Part shown: piece by piece, positions 41,085-50,820 of the stretch
Numbering within the stretch: position 1 is the first letter of the stretch
Layout: each line of letters starts with the position of its first letter
Assembly (NCBI GenBank): GCA_902634515.1
Contig: CACPKH010000003.1
Coordinates: 6,627 to 70,626, forward strand
Length of the DNA: 64,000 bases
Reading direction: 5' to 3'
Source of the DNA: an uncultured Prochlorococcus sp.
Lineage (GTDB): Bacteria; Cyanobacteriota; Cyanobacteriia; PCC-6307; Cyanobiaceae
The notes under the pieces: generated by a model
The model's input: only the letters and a program-made list of their open reading frames with translations
What the model was told of the DNA's origin: nothing
Databases searched by the model: none
Position numbers and translations under genes: made by a program

Positions 41085-41462
41085 TTAGATATCAAAGGGA
41101 TTACCAGGTTCATTTTTTATATCACCTAAATATTTTCCAAATTGAATTTGATAGACTTCATCCTCATCTTGAGTCTCTAATTCTACAGAATCAATAGCTT
41201 TAGCAATACATAGTAATCCATATCCTTTTTTCTGCATATTCCTTGAAAGGCCTATGCCATCTGATTGATCTAATTTGCCGGATAAGATTCGAACGGCACA
41301 AACTGTACAACAACCATTGCGACATAAATAGGGAAGCTTTATATCTGATGATTCAAAATATTGAAGTATATTCTCACCATCTGGTACATCTAAACTAATA
41401 GTTTTATTAGCTTGTCTATAGTGGATAGTTACTTTATGTATGATAGTCATGTCTAAAACCAT
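41085..41462 (-). CDS. Plant-type [2Fe-2S] ferredoxin with a C-terminal extension (FdC2/Fed2-like)
   Basis: 125 aa. Cys pattern C-x4-C-x2-C (CRNGCCTVC) plus a distal LLCIA Cys. About 25 extra C-terminal residues relative to roughly 97-aa photosynthetic ferredoxins. Confidence 0.8.
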   Translation of the reverse strand: MVLDMTIIHKVTIHYRQANKTISLDVPDGENILQYFESSDIKLPYLCRNGCCTVCAVRILSGKLDQSDGIGLSRNMQKKGYGLLCIAKAIDSVELETQDEDEVYQIQFGKYLGDIKNEPGNPFDI

Positions 41463-41468
41463 ACACTA

Positions 41469-41801
41469 CTAATTATGCACACTTATATCTTTAATAAAGG
41501 GCTTTGGAGGAAGTTCCATAGCAAATTGACGTAATTTTTCTATTTCAAGATTAATATTCTTAACTTCACCTCCAAACCTTAGCTTCAACCAATTAACTGC
41601 TGTGATTTCATCTGATATCACAACTTCTTGAGAAGAATCCGCAATCCCAAACTTAACAACCAAATCAGGTGGCAAGTACCAGAAAGCAATGTCATTACCT
41701 TTTCTATTTCTTCTTTCCGAAATAGTTTCTCTCAATTGACCATTTCCAGTTAATTGACCAACGGGTGCTACCAATGCAAAAAGAGATACTGAATTAGTCA
41801 T
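41469..41801 (-). CDS. Ycf54-like (DUF2488) protein, putative cyclase accessory factor
   Basis: 110 aa. The ERRNRKGNDIAFW and VISDEITAVNWLKLRF blocks resemble Ycf54 (ERRR...IDFW and IxSTN..FIxWLKLRL). The N-terminus is divergent, so the assignment is tentative. Confidence 0.45.
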   Translation of the reverse strand: MTNSVSLFALVAPVGQLTGNGQLRETISERRNRKGNDIAFWYLPPDLVVKFGIADSSQEVVISDEITAVNWLKLRFGGEVKNINLEIEKLRQFAMELPPKPFIKDISVHN

Positions 41802-42014
41802 ATTAAGCCCGTGTTTAATGATTCCGAATACTAGTTAAACACTATATATGATCTATCAAGAACGAATAGGACCAGAAAAGACAAGTTAATCCTATTATGT
41901 TTTTAAGTAAAACGTAGTGAGTCAACCATCTCAGATACAAAGGCCAATTATCTTGAAAATGATTACCTAAGCAGTAATTTCAAGAAAAATCTAGAAGAAC
42001 TGCTTGCATATGGT

Positions 42015-43361
42015 GTGTCAGCAGGAGCGGATTTAGTTGAGATATTTTTTGAGAAAGTTGATAACTCAGCAATTCTTGCAGAACAGGACATAATTACAAG
42101 TATTAATCCATCATTTGCAAAAGGTGTAGGGATAAGAGTTTTTTTCAACGGAAAAGATGGTTTTGTTTCTACTAACGATCTATCAGAGATAGGTTTAAAG
42201 TATGCTTTGGAACAGGCATTAGGAATGCTTGGACTTGAAAAGTGTTCTGGCGACAGATCGACATTTTTGGGTTTAAATGAGCTAAAAGACTATGGAAAAA
42301 TAAAATCAAGTTATTTTGAACAAACGCCTCAATTAAAGGAAACAATTAATAAAATATTAGAAGCAACTAACCTGCTTAAAGAAAAGGGAAGGAAAATAGA
42401 GGTTCGTAGAGGAAGTTATTCAAGAAATATTCAAGAAGTAATAGTTGCATCAAGTGATGGAACATTCGGCAGAGACCTACGTTTGTATCAATCAATAGGA
42501 TTGAATGCACTTGCAATAGACAAAGAGTATAGGTCTAGTATTGGAAGAAGATATGGTACAACAAGCAATCCTGTTCAAATTTTAGAATGGGACATTGATA
42601 GCTCAGTAGATGAGATTGTTGAAAGTTCTAATAAAATGCTATATGCAAAATATGTAGAGGCTGGTCAAATGCCGGCTGTACTAGCAAATAAATTTGGTGG
42701 TGTGATTTTTCATGAAGCTTGCGGTCATTTACTAGAAACAACACAAATTGAGAGAGGGACATCTCCATTTAAGGACAAATTAAATGAAAAGATTGCTAAT
42801 GAAGCTGTTACTGCAATAGATGAAGGCATGACAGAAAATGCATTTGGATCAATATCAATGGATGATGAAGGCATGCCAACACAAGAAACAGTATTAATTA
42901 AAAATGGATATCTTAAGAAATTTCTAAGTGACAGAGCGGGTGAAATTCGTACAGGGAATAAGAGAACTGGTAGTGGTAGAAGACAAAGTTATGCATTTCC
43001 AGCTGCTAGTAGAATGAGAAATACATATATTGATAAAGGTGAATATAAACCAAAGGAATTAATAGAAAGTATAGATAAAGGTATTTACTGTAAGTCAATG
43101 GGTGGAGGAAGTGTAGGTGCAACTGGTCAATTTAATTTCTCAGTTGAAGAAGCATATTTAATAGAAAATGGTCAACTCAAAACACCTGTAAAAGGAGCAA
43201 CATTGATTGGTGAGGCAAAAGATATTCTGCCAAGAATATCTATGTGCGCAGATGATCTTGACCTGGCTGCAGGATATTGTGGATCAGTAAGTGGCAATAT
43301 TCATGTAACAGTAGGTCAACCACATATTAAAGTAGATTCAATAACTGTTGGAGGATTATAA
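42015..43361 (+). CDS. tldD: TldD-family metalloprotease
   Basis: 448 aa from GTG 42015. HEACGHLLE metal motif and the C-terminal GQPHIKVDSITVGG block. The true start may lie upstream (see findings). Confidence 0.9.
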   Translation: MSAGADLVEIFFEKVDNSAILAEQDIITSINPSFAKGVGIRVFFNGKDGFVSTNDLSEIGLKYALEQALGMLGLEKCSGDRSTFLGLNELKDYGKIKSSYFEQTPQLKETINKILEATNLLKEKGRKIEVRRGSYSRNIQEVIVASSDGTFGRDLRLYQSIGLNALAIDKEYRSSIGRRYGTTSNPVQILEWDIDSSVDEIVESSNKMLYAKYVEAGQMPAVLANKFGGVIFHEACGHLLETTQIERGTSPFKDKLNEKIANEAVTAIDEGMTENAFGSISMDDEGMPTQETVLIKNGYLKKFLSDRAGEIRTGNKRTGSGRRQSYAFPAASRMRNTYIDKGEYKPKELIESIDKGIYCKSMGGGSVGATGQFNFSVEEAYLIENGQLKTPVKGATLIGEAKDILPRISMCADDLDLAAGYCGSVSGNIHVTVGQPHIKVDSITVGGL

Positions 43362-44749
43362 TGGATAATAAGTTATTATCTGTATCTCAATGTGTACTAG
43401 ATCCAGAAGAAATAAAAGAAAATTTGAATAGGCTTTCAAAGAGCCAAGATATAACTAAATGGGATATAGGTGCAACGTCTAGTAATGATATATCAGTTCA
43501 AGTTTACAAAGGTGAACAAAAACAATTAAAAGCATCACAGAGGAATTCAATAACATTAAGAGTATGGAATAAAAATAATATGATTGGTATTACTAGTACT
43601 ACTGACATTTCAGAGAACGGCTTAAAAAAAGCCCTTGAATCAGCATACTCTGCTACTAAATATGCTAACAAGCAAGAGACACCAGACTTTTCTCCTTTAT
43701 CAAAAGCGGCACTCAATAATGTTGATCAGCCAATAATGAATTCATGGGGAATTAAAAAACTATTTAACAAGCTTAAAAATGCAGAGAGTGAACTTCTAAA
43801 TAAACACAAGTCAATAGTAGATGTTCCATATAATGGTTTTTCAGAGGTAAATTATGAAAGGCTATATATTAATAGTGATGGAGCACAAAGACATTTAAAC
43901 AATACACAAGCAAGCTTATATCTATATGCTAAAGCTCAGGAAGATAATAGAAAACCTAGGAGTTCTGGATCATTTAAGATAGCTTATGGCAGTGATGATA
44001 TTAATATTCAAGAATGTATTGATGAAGCAGCAAGTAAAACAATAGCTCATTTGGATTACCGGCCAATAAAAACTGGTAAGTATTTAGTATGCTTTAAACC
44101 GGAAGCTTTTCTAGACTTACTTGAATCATTTAGCAATATATTCAATGCAAGGTCTGTTATTGATGGCGTAAGTCTCTCAAATAAAGATTCATTGGAAAAT
44201 TACATTTCATCCCCTCTATTAACCTTATATGACAATGGACTGGATAAAACAAATATAGGAGGTCTCACTTTTGATGGAGAAGGTACACCTACTCAAAAGC
44301 TTTGTATAATTCAAAGTGGAATACTAAAAAATTTCATACATTCTGAGTCAACAGCAAAAGCTTTTGGAGTGCTTCCAACTGGACATGCTGGATTAGGAGC
44401 CAAGGTTTCAGTCTCACCAGATTGGCTAATAGTTTCTAAAGCAAAAGGTGAGCATTCCTCTAAAGAAAGCTTAAATCATAAGAATACAAAAGAAGAATAT
44501 ATTTTAATAGAGAATTTAAATGCCTTACATGCTGGGGTAAAAGCAACCCAAGGATCATTCTCATTACCTTTTGATGGTTGGCATGTAAAAGATGGAGTTT
44601 CTTCATCTATAGAATCAGCGACTGTAGCTGGAGATATTAAAAGTTTGCTAAATAAAATTATAAATATAGAAGAGAAGCAGATTAGTACTCATGTTGGAGT
44701 TAGTCCACATATATGGGTAGATGAATTGTCAGTAACAGGAGAGAAGTGA
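43361..44749 (+). CDS. pmbA: PmbA/TldE-family protease partner
   Basis: 462 aa TldD/PmbA-fold paralogue lacking the HExxxH motif. Its ATG overlaps the tldD TAA by 1 nt. Confidence 0.8.
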   Translation: MDNKLLSVSQCVLDPEEIKENLNRLSKSQDITKWDIGATSSNDISVQVYKGEQKQLKASQRNSITLRVWNKNNMIGITSTTDISENGLKKALESAYSATKYANKQETPDFSPLSKAALNNVDQPIMNSWGIKKLFNKLKNAESELLNKHKSIVDVPYNGFSEVNYERLYINSDGAQRHLNNTQASLYLYAKAQEDNRKPRSSGSFKIAYGSDDINIQECIDEAASKTIAHLDYRPIKTGKYLVCFKPEAFLDLLESFSNIFNARSVIDGVSLSNKDSLENYISSPLLTLYDNGLDKTNIGGLTFDGEGTPTQKLCIIQSGILKNFIHSESTAKAFGVLPTGHAGLGAKVSVSPDWLIVSKAKGEHSSKESLNHKNTKEEYILIENLNALHAGVKATQGSFSLPFDGWHVKDGVSSSIESATVAGDIKSLLNKIINIEEKQISTHVGVSPHIWVDELSVTGEK

Positions 44750-45762
44750 ATATAGTTTTTTGGGGAACACCATTATTTGCTGTAAATATTCTGGACAAAC
44801 TTTTAAATTCAAAACATAATATAGTTGCAGTAGTAACGCAACCAGATAAAAGAAGAGGACGTGGCAAAGAGTTAACAGGTTCTCCTGTTAAAAAGATTGC
44901 AAACGATTTAAATATTCCAGTATTTACGCCAGTTAGTATAAACAAGGAAATTGATATTCAGTCGAAGATTCGTTCACTTAGTGCGGATATATATGTAGTC
45001 GTAGCATTTGGGCAAATTCTTCCAGAATCTGTAATAAACACTCCATTATATGGTTCATGGAACATTCATGCCTCACTATTACCAACCTGGCGAGGAGCTT
45101 CACCAATCCAAAGAAGCATATTAAATGGAGATAAAGAAACAGGAGTGGGCATTATGGCTATGGAGAAAGGTTTAGACACAGGCCCAGTACTAATAGAAAA
45201 GAGTTTGCAGATAGGGATAACTGATAATAAAGAATTGATTGAGAATAAACTTGCAATGATATCTTGTGAGTTAATAATAGATGCTTTAGATATAATAGAA
45301 CAAAGTTCAATAACTAATAAACAGAGATTAAATAAGAATTTAAGCCTTAAAAGGCAGGAAGATAGTGTCAGAGAAATAAGTTATGCCAAACAAATCACAA
45401 AGACTGAATATGAATTCACATGGGAATTAGAAACCATAAAGATTCATAGAATAATAAATGGATTATATCCCAATGCTTTTATAAAAATACGAGGTAAAAG
45501 AGTTAAGTGCCTTGAAAGTATTCCACTCAATCCTGAATATAAGAATGAATTAGAGGAAATATATCATAATTATATTTTTGATAGTAGATATAAAAAATAT
45601 AAAGTGGGCCAGGTTATAGATATAATAAAAGGAAAAGGATTTATAATAAAAACGAATGACTGCGCTTTATTTATAAAAGAGGCTCAGGTCGAAGGAAAGA
45701 AAAGGTCTAACGGATATATAGTATCAAAACAGCTATGTATAAATATTGGAGACCTGATTTGA
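44746..45762 (+). CDS. fmt: Methionyl-tRNA formyltransferase
   Basis: 338 aa. VVTQPDKRRGRGK and HASLLPTWRGASPIQ motifs. Its GTG overlaps the pmbA stop (GTGA). Confidence 0.9.
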   Translation: MNIVFWGTPLFAVNILDKLLNSKHNIVAVVTQPDKRRGRGKELTGSPVKKIANDLNIPVFTPVSINKEIDIQSKIRSLSADIYVVVAFGQILPESVINTPLYGSWNIHASLLPTWRGASPIQRSILNGDKETGVGIMAMEKGLDTGPVLIEKSLQIGITDNKELIENKLAMISCELIIDALDIIEQSSITNKQRLNKNLSLKRQEDSVREISYAKQITKTEYEFTWELETIKIHRIINGLYPNAFIKIRGKRVKCLESIPLNPEYKNELEEIYHNYIFDSRYKKYKVGQVIDIIKGKGFIIKTNDCALFIKEAQVEGKKRSNGYIVSKQLCINIGDLI

Positions 45763-45780
45763 TTTACTAGTATAATATTG

Positions 45781-46491
45781 TTATATTGTTTTTTGTTTTC
45801 GTATTGAAAATCCCCAAATCAATAGAATTATTATAATACTGAAGAAGAGAATATCGGAAATATCTACAAGCGGATTAAATCCTTGAATAGCAAGTTTAGT
45901 TGCTACTATTGTTACAGCAAGATAACCTGCTGTTTCTAAATTAATAAAGTATTCTAACCACTTTATAAAGAGATCTGCTGTAAACCGTAAAGCTATTACA
46001 CCTACTAAAGTCCCAGTAATTATTAATAATATTTGGTCACTAATAGCTACGGCTGCTGTTACACTATCGATAGAAAAGGCTAAATCTGTAATAGATAACA
46101 ATACAATTACTTTAAACAAAGAAGTGTTTGGTTTGCTTTCCTTTATTTGTTCTGAATTTTCTTCTTTTTGTTTCATATAAAAGTATCTTACTGCTAATGA
46201 AAAAAGGTATAAGGATGCTATAAGCTTAAAAATTGGATATTGTATTATTAAGTTTGCTGCAAGCAAAATACAGACTCGTAAAAAAAGAGAAATTACTATT
46301 CCTATATTTAAAGCAATCCTTTGTAATTCAATATTATTTAGACTTCTTGATATAGAAGCTAATGCTACAGCATTATCAGCTGAAAGTATTACTTCTAAAA
46401 CAATAAGTACCGGGAGGACAGGAGCAAGTTCTGCCCAACGGTCAATATCATCAAGTATTGGTATAAAGGAATTAAGAGAAGCGGAGTCCAT
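45781..46491 (-). CDS. TerC-family integral membrane protein
   Basis: 236 aa, about 7 helices. Repeated LSxDNAxxxA-type motif (ILSADNAVALAS and AFSIDSVTAAVA). Confidence 0.8.
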   Translation of the reverse strand: MDSASLNSFIPILDDIDRWAELAPVLPVLIVLEVILSADNAVALASISRSLNNIELQRIALNIGIVISLFLRVCILLAANLIIQYPIFKLIASLYLFSLAVRYFYMKQKEENSEQIKESKPNTSLFKVIVLLSITDLAFSIDSVTAAVAISDQILLIITGTLVGVIALRFTADLFIKWLEYFINLETAGYLAVTIVATKLAIQGFNPLVDISDILFFSIIIILLIWGFSIRKQKTI

Positions 46492-46576
46492 TTAATAAAA
46501 GACTATATAGCAAGGATGCTGTAAGGTATATTTATGAAAAGAAAGCTAAAAACAGAACTTATCAAAATAAAAAGCC

Positions 46577-47275
46577 ATGCGTTTTGATTCAGAACTATTA
46601 TATACAGATACTGTAAGAATAATCGTTAAAGTAAATGGGTGGGAAGGCGACAAGGAACTTGGGAGCTCATTAGCCCAAGGTGAAACAGTTGAAATTGCAG
46701 AGGACAAAGCTATAAATAGATTATCGAAAAGACTTCGTCTCAAATTGGACTTAGATGAAAACAGGTTGCAAGAATTAAAACCAGATGATGAAATTCCTAA
46801 AATAGATAATATTTCTATGGATAAAATCCAAGATAAACAGCTAACCTCAGAAACATTAATAAAGAATCAAGTAAATCTACCTAAGTCTACTCCTAATGAT
46901 TGGACAGAAGAATTATATGAATATGAGAATGAGATTAAACGCATAAGTTTAGAGAAAAAGAATGAAGAACAGATATTAAGTATGATTCTAGGTTATAAAA
47001 ATAGAGCAATGATAACTAACTATGATGACATAATACTATTGATAGATATCCTAAGACGTATACCAAGTGATATGAATAATATAGATATTATAAATAGTTT
47101 TCAAAGAGAAAATCTTATTAAAAAAAATAATAAAATCCTCAGAGAACTAAATTGGGATATTGATATGGCTAGGGGATTTCTTTATAATAACTTCAATCTA
47201 AATAGTAGAGCTGAGCTTGATATTAAAGGCCTAATTGAATTTAATATGATGCTGGAGGAAAGAGCTGAGAATTAA
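46577..47275 (+). CDS. Hypothetical protein translationally coupled to mfd
   Basis: 232 aa. Compact N-terminal domain (VRIIVKVNGWEG...LGSSLAQGETVEIAEDKAINRL) followed by a charged, low-complexity region. Its stop overlaps the mfd ATG (TAATG). Confidence 0.45.
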   Translation: MRFDSELLYTDTVRIIVKVNGWEGDKELGSSLAQGETVEIAEDKAINRLSKRLRLKLDLDENRLQELKPDDEIPKIDNISMDKIQDKQLTSETLIKNQVNLPKSTPNDWTEELYEYENEIKRISLEKKNEEQILSMILGYKNRAMITNYDDIILLIDILRRIPSDMNNIDIINSFQRENLIKKNNKILRELNWDIDMARGFLYNNFNLNSRAELDIKGLIEFNMMLEERAEN

Positions 47276-50200
47276 TGTCATTAGAATCATTAGTCTGCAA
47301 ACTACAAAGTTCAATTTTAACAGAGGAGTTATTAGAACGTTCAAAAAGAGATGAATGTCTAGAAATTAGTGGAGGAAATAGGACCGTAAACTCACTAATA
47401 ATTAGGTCACTTGCTAAAAGATCAAAGAAGCCATTGCTTTTAATAGTTCCGACATTAGAAGAAGCTACAAGATGGAGTAATATTTTTAAAGATACTTCAT
47501 GGGACAAAGTTTTACTCTTTCCAACAAGTGATAAATCACCATATGAACTAACTGACCAATCAACAGAAATAACTAGAGGTCAGTTAAGTGTAATTAGTGA
47601 ACTTATTCAAATAAAAGATGAAGATAATGTAGCTATAGTTACAACACATAATGCTATACAGGCACATTTGCCACCAAAAAATGAAATTAAAGATATTATT
47701 ATAAATATAAATAAGGGCGACATAATTGATTTAAATAATCTTTCAAGTCAACTATCCTTATTAGGCTACCAAAAGTCGAATACAACAGATCAAGAAGGTC
47801 TATGGAGCAGAAGAGGAGACATTATTGATATATTTAATATAACATGTGATTTGCCGGTAAGAATAGAGTTATATGGTGATCAAGTCGATAAAATTAGAGA
47901 GTATGATCCAATCTCACAAAGATCTCTTGACGAAATTAAATCGATAAATATTAGTCCAATAAGTATTAATCAATTAATTCTCCATAAGCTTAATAAGCTC
48001 GAAGATAACACAATTAGTCAATACTTAAATAAAGAGTGCATAGATAATATAAGAGCAGGAATTGAATTTGATGGAATGCATATCCTTAAAACAATTGCCT
48101 GGCCAAATTTAGCTAGTATAATTGAATATATTTCAAGAGAATCACTAATTGTTATCTCGGAAAAAGAACAATGTGAGTTACACTCGAAAATATTTATTAA
48201 AAGAGTTAAAGATAGTTTACTAGATTTACAAATAGAAGATTGGATAAACAAGAATATTATCAATGCCTCATTAATGAACCATCCATATAAAGAAATTAGT
48301 CAGCTCTTATATGAATTGAATGATTTTAATTACTTTGAGATTAAAGAGATAGATACTCCAAATAATTATAAAAACAATTTCAATATTTCAACAAAACCTA
48401 TAAATGTAATTCCTAATCAGTTTGGGAAGTTAACAAAATTGTTAAGAGATCTAAATCAAAATAATTATTCAATCTGGATTTACTCTGCTCAACCAAGCAG
48501 AGTTGTTGCATTACTAGAGGAACATGATTGCTTATCTAAATTTATTCCAAATGCCAAGGATATAGAAAGTATCAACAGATTTATTTCTGAGAAAATTCCA
48601 ATAGCAATTAAGGCATTGCCTAATTCAGAGATAGAAGGTATCAATTTAGCACCATGGAAGATTGCATTATTAACTGATAAAGAAATCTTTGGTCAACAGA
48701 ATCTAAGCTACAGTGGTTATATTAGACGAAAAGCTAATGCTAATAGTAAAAAGGTAGACCCAAATAAACTGCATAATGGAGATTATGTAGTTCATAGAAA
48801 TCATGGAATAGGTAAATTTATAAAAATAGAGAAACTTGTCATCAATCACCAAAGTAGAGATTATCTTTTAGTTGAATATACAGACGGCACATTAAGGGTT
48901 GCAGCAGATCAATTAAACTCATTAGCCAGGTATAGATCTTCAAATGAAACTCCTCCTAAAATTAATAAAATGGGAGGTAAATCATGGTTATCAATAAAAG
49001 AACGAGCAAGGAAAGCAATCAACAAAATAGCAATAGATATTGTTAAGTTATATGCTGAAAGAGAGACTGCAGTAGGCTATGCATTTCCAAAAGACGGGCC
49101 TTGGCAATCAGAATTAGAGGATTCATTTCAATATATTCCTACTCCAGATCAATTAAAAGCATTCAAAGAAGTTAAAGAAGATATGGAGAAAGAGAAACCA
49201 ATGGACAGACTAATTTGCGGTGATGTCGGATATGGAAAGACTGAGGTCGCAATAAGATCAATATTTAAAGCGATAACAGCTGGAAAGCAAGTTGCTTTAC
49301 TTGCACCAACAACAGTACTATCTCAACAACATTGGAGGACAATATCAAGTAGGTTCGCGCCTTATCCAATCAAGACAGCTTTACTAAATAGATTTAAATC
49401 CACGAAAGAAAAAAAGGAAATAGCAAATGACTTACAAGAAGGAAAGATTGATGCAATAATTGGTACTCATCAAGTCTTATCAAAAAATATTAATTTCAAA
49501 GATTTAGGACTACTTGTAATAGATGAAGAGCAAAGGTTTGGAGTAAATCAGAAAGAAAAGATCAAACAAATAAAAAAGAACGTAGATGTTTTAACTCTTA
49601 CAGCTACACCAATACCTAGGACGTTATATATGAGCATGTCTGGAGTAAGAGAAATCAGTCTAATAACAACTCCTCCGCCTTTAAGAAGAGCAATTAAAAC
49701 ACACCTAATTCCCAAAGATGATGAAGTAATAAGAAGTGCAATCAGTCAAGAGATTGAAAGAGGTGGGCAAATATTTTATGTCGTTCCTAGAATTGAAGGA
49801 ATTGATGAGATATCAAATAAAATAAGAAGTATATTCCCAAATATAAAAATACTTATTGCTCATGGTCAAATGCTAGAAGGAGCTTTAGAAAGTACGATGG
49901 TAGCTTTTAATGCTGGAGAAGCTGATCTATTATTATGTACAACGATAATTGAAAGTGGCCTTGATATTCCAAGAGTTAATACAATATTAATAGAAGATTC
50001 CCATAAATTTGGTTTATCTCAGTTATATCAACTTAGAGGAAGAGTGGGTAGGAGTGGAGTACAAGCTCACGCCTGGTTATTTTTTCCCAAAGAAAATATC
50101 ATGAATGAAAATTCAAGAAATAGACTAAAAGCTATCCAAGAATTCAGTGAATTAGGCAGTGGTTATCAATTAGCTATGAGAGACATGGAGATCAGAGGAG

Positions 50201-50814
50201 TAGGTAATATAATAGGTACTCAACAAAGTGGGCAGATAGAAGCTATAGGGTTTGACTTATATATGGAGATTTTGCAAGAGGCAATTTCTGAAATGCAAGG
50301 ACAATCTATTCCTTTAGTTGAAGATGTAAGAATAGATTTACCAATTACAGCATTTATACCAAATCAATGGATTGTGAATAATGAAGAAAAATTAGCTGCC
50401 TACAAAGCAGTCACTGGATGTAATTCAAAAAAACAACTTCAAGAATTGGTAATCTCCTGGAATGATAGATATGGTCAAATTCCTCAAGCTGTTAATTCGC
50501 TAATTGAATTAATGGAATTAAAAATAAAAACAAAAACCTGTGGATTTTACAGAATCAAAAGGATAGGAAATAATATTACATTAGAAACATTGATGGAAGA
50601 AGGTGCATTCCTTAGTCTCAGGAAGGGCATACCAAAACATATACAAACTAGATTTATCTATAAGAAGCATGATACAAATTCAGAAGTAACAATTAGAGGA
50701 TTAGGAGTATTACCAATTGAAAAACAAATAGAGACTTTAAAAGAATGGCTAACTAAAATGGAAGAACAAATAGCTGAATCTGATAATATACAATTATCAA
50801 ACATATTAGAATAA
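47275..50814 (+). CDS. mfd: Transcription-repair coupling factor
   Basis: 1179 aa. Superfamily 2 helicase motifs (GDVGYGKTEVA, VIDEEQRFG, LTATPIPRTL), a CarD-like RNAP-interacting domain (GDYVVHRNHGIGKF) and a TRG-type motif. Confidence 0.95.
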   Translation: MSLESLVCKLQSSILTEELLERSKRDECLEISGGNRTVNSLIIRSLAKRSKKPLLLIVPTLEEATRWSNIFKDTSWDKVLLFPTSDKSPYELTDQSTEITRGQLSVISELIQIKDEDNVAIVTTHNAIQAHLPPKNEIKDIIININKGDIIDLNNLSSQLSLLGYQKSNTTDQEGLWSRRGDIIDIFNITCDLPVRIELYGDQVDKIREYDPISQRSLDEIKSINISPISINQLILHKLNKLEDNTISQYLNKECIDNIRAGIEFDGMHILKTIAWPNLASIIEYISRESLIVISEKEQCELHSKIFIKRVKDSLLDLQIEDWINKNIINASLMNHPYKEISQLLYELNDFNYFEIKEIDTPNNYKNNFNISTKPINVIPNQFGKLTKLLRDLNQNNYSIWIYSAQPSRVVALLEEHDCLSKFIPNAKDIESINRFISEKIPIAIKALPNSEIEGINLAPWKIALLTDKEIFGQQNLSYSGYIRRKANANSKKVDPNKLHNGDYVVHRNHGIGKFIKIEKLVINHQSRDYLLVEYTDGTLRVAADQLNSLARYRSSNETPPKINKMGGKSWLSIKERARKAINKIAIDIVKLYAERETAVGYAFPKDGPWQSELEDSFQYIPTPDQLKAFKEVKEDMEKEKPMDRLICGDVGYGKTEVAIRSIFKAITAGKQVALLAPTTVLSQQHWRTISSRFAPYPIKTALLNRFKSTKEKKEIANDLQEGKIDAIIGTHQVLSKNINFKDLGLLVIDEEQRFGVNQKEKIKQIKKNVDVLTLTATPIPRTLYMSMSGVREISLITTPPPLRRAIKTHLIPKDDEVIRSAISQEIERGGQIFYVVPRIEGIDEISNKIRSIFPNIKILIAHGQMLEGALESTMVAFNAGEADLLLCTTIIESGLDIPRVNTILIEDSHKFGLSQLYQLRGRVGRSGVQAHAWLFFPKENIMNENSRNRLKAIQEFSELGSGYQLAMRDMEIRGVGNIIGTQQSGQIEAIGFDLYMEILQEAISEMQGQSIPLVEDVRIDLPITAFIPNQWIVNNEEKLAAYKAVTGCNSKKQLQELVISWNDRYGQIPQAVNSLIELMELKIKTKTCGFYRIKRIGNNITLETLMEEGAFLSLRKGIPKHIQTRFIYKKHDTNSEVTIRGLGVLPIEKQIETLKEWLTKMEEQIAESDNIQLSNILE

Positions 50815-50820
50815 TATTAA

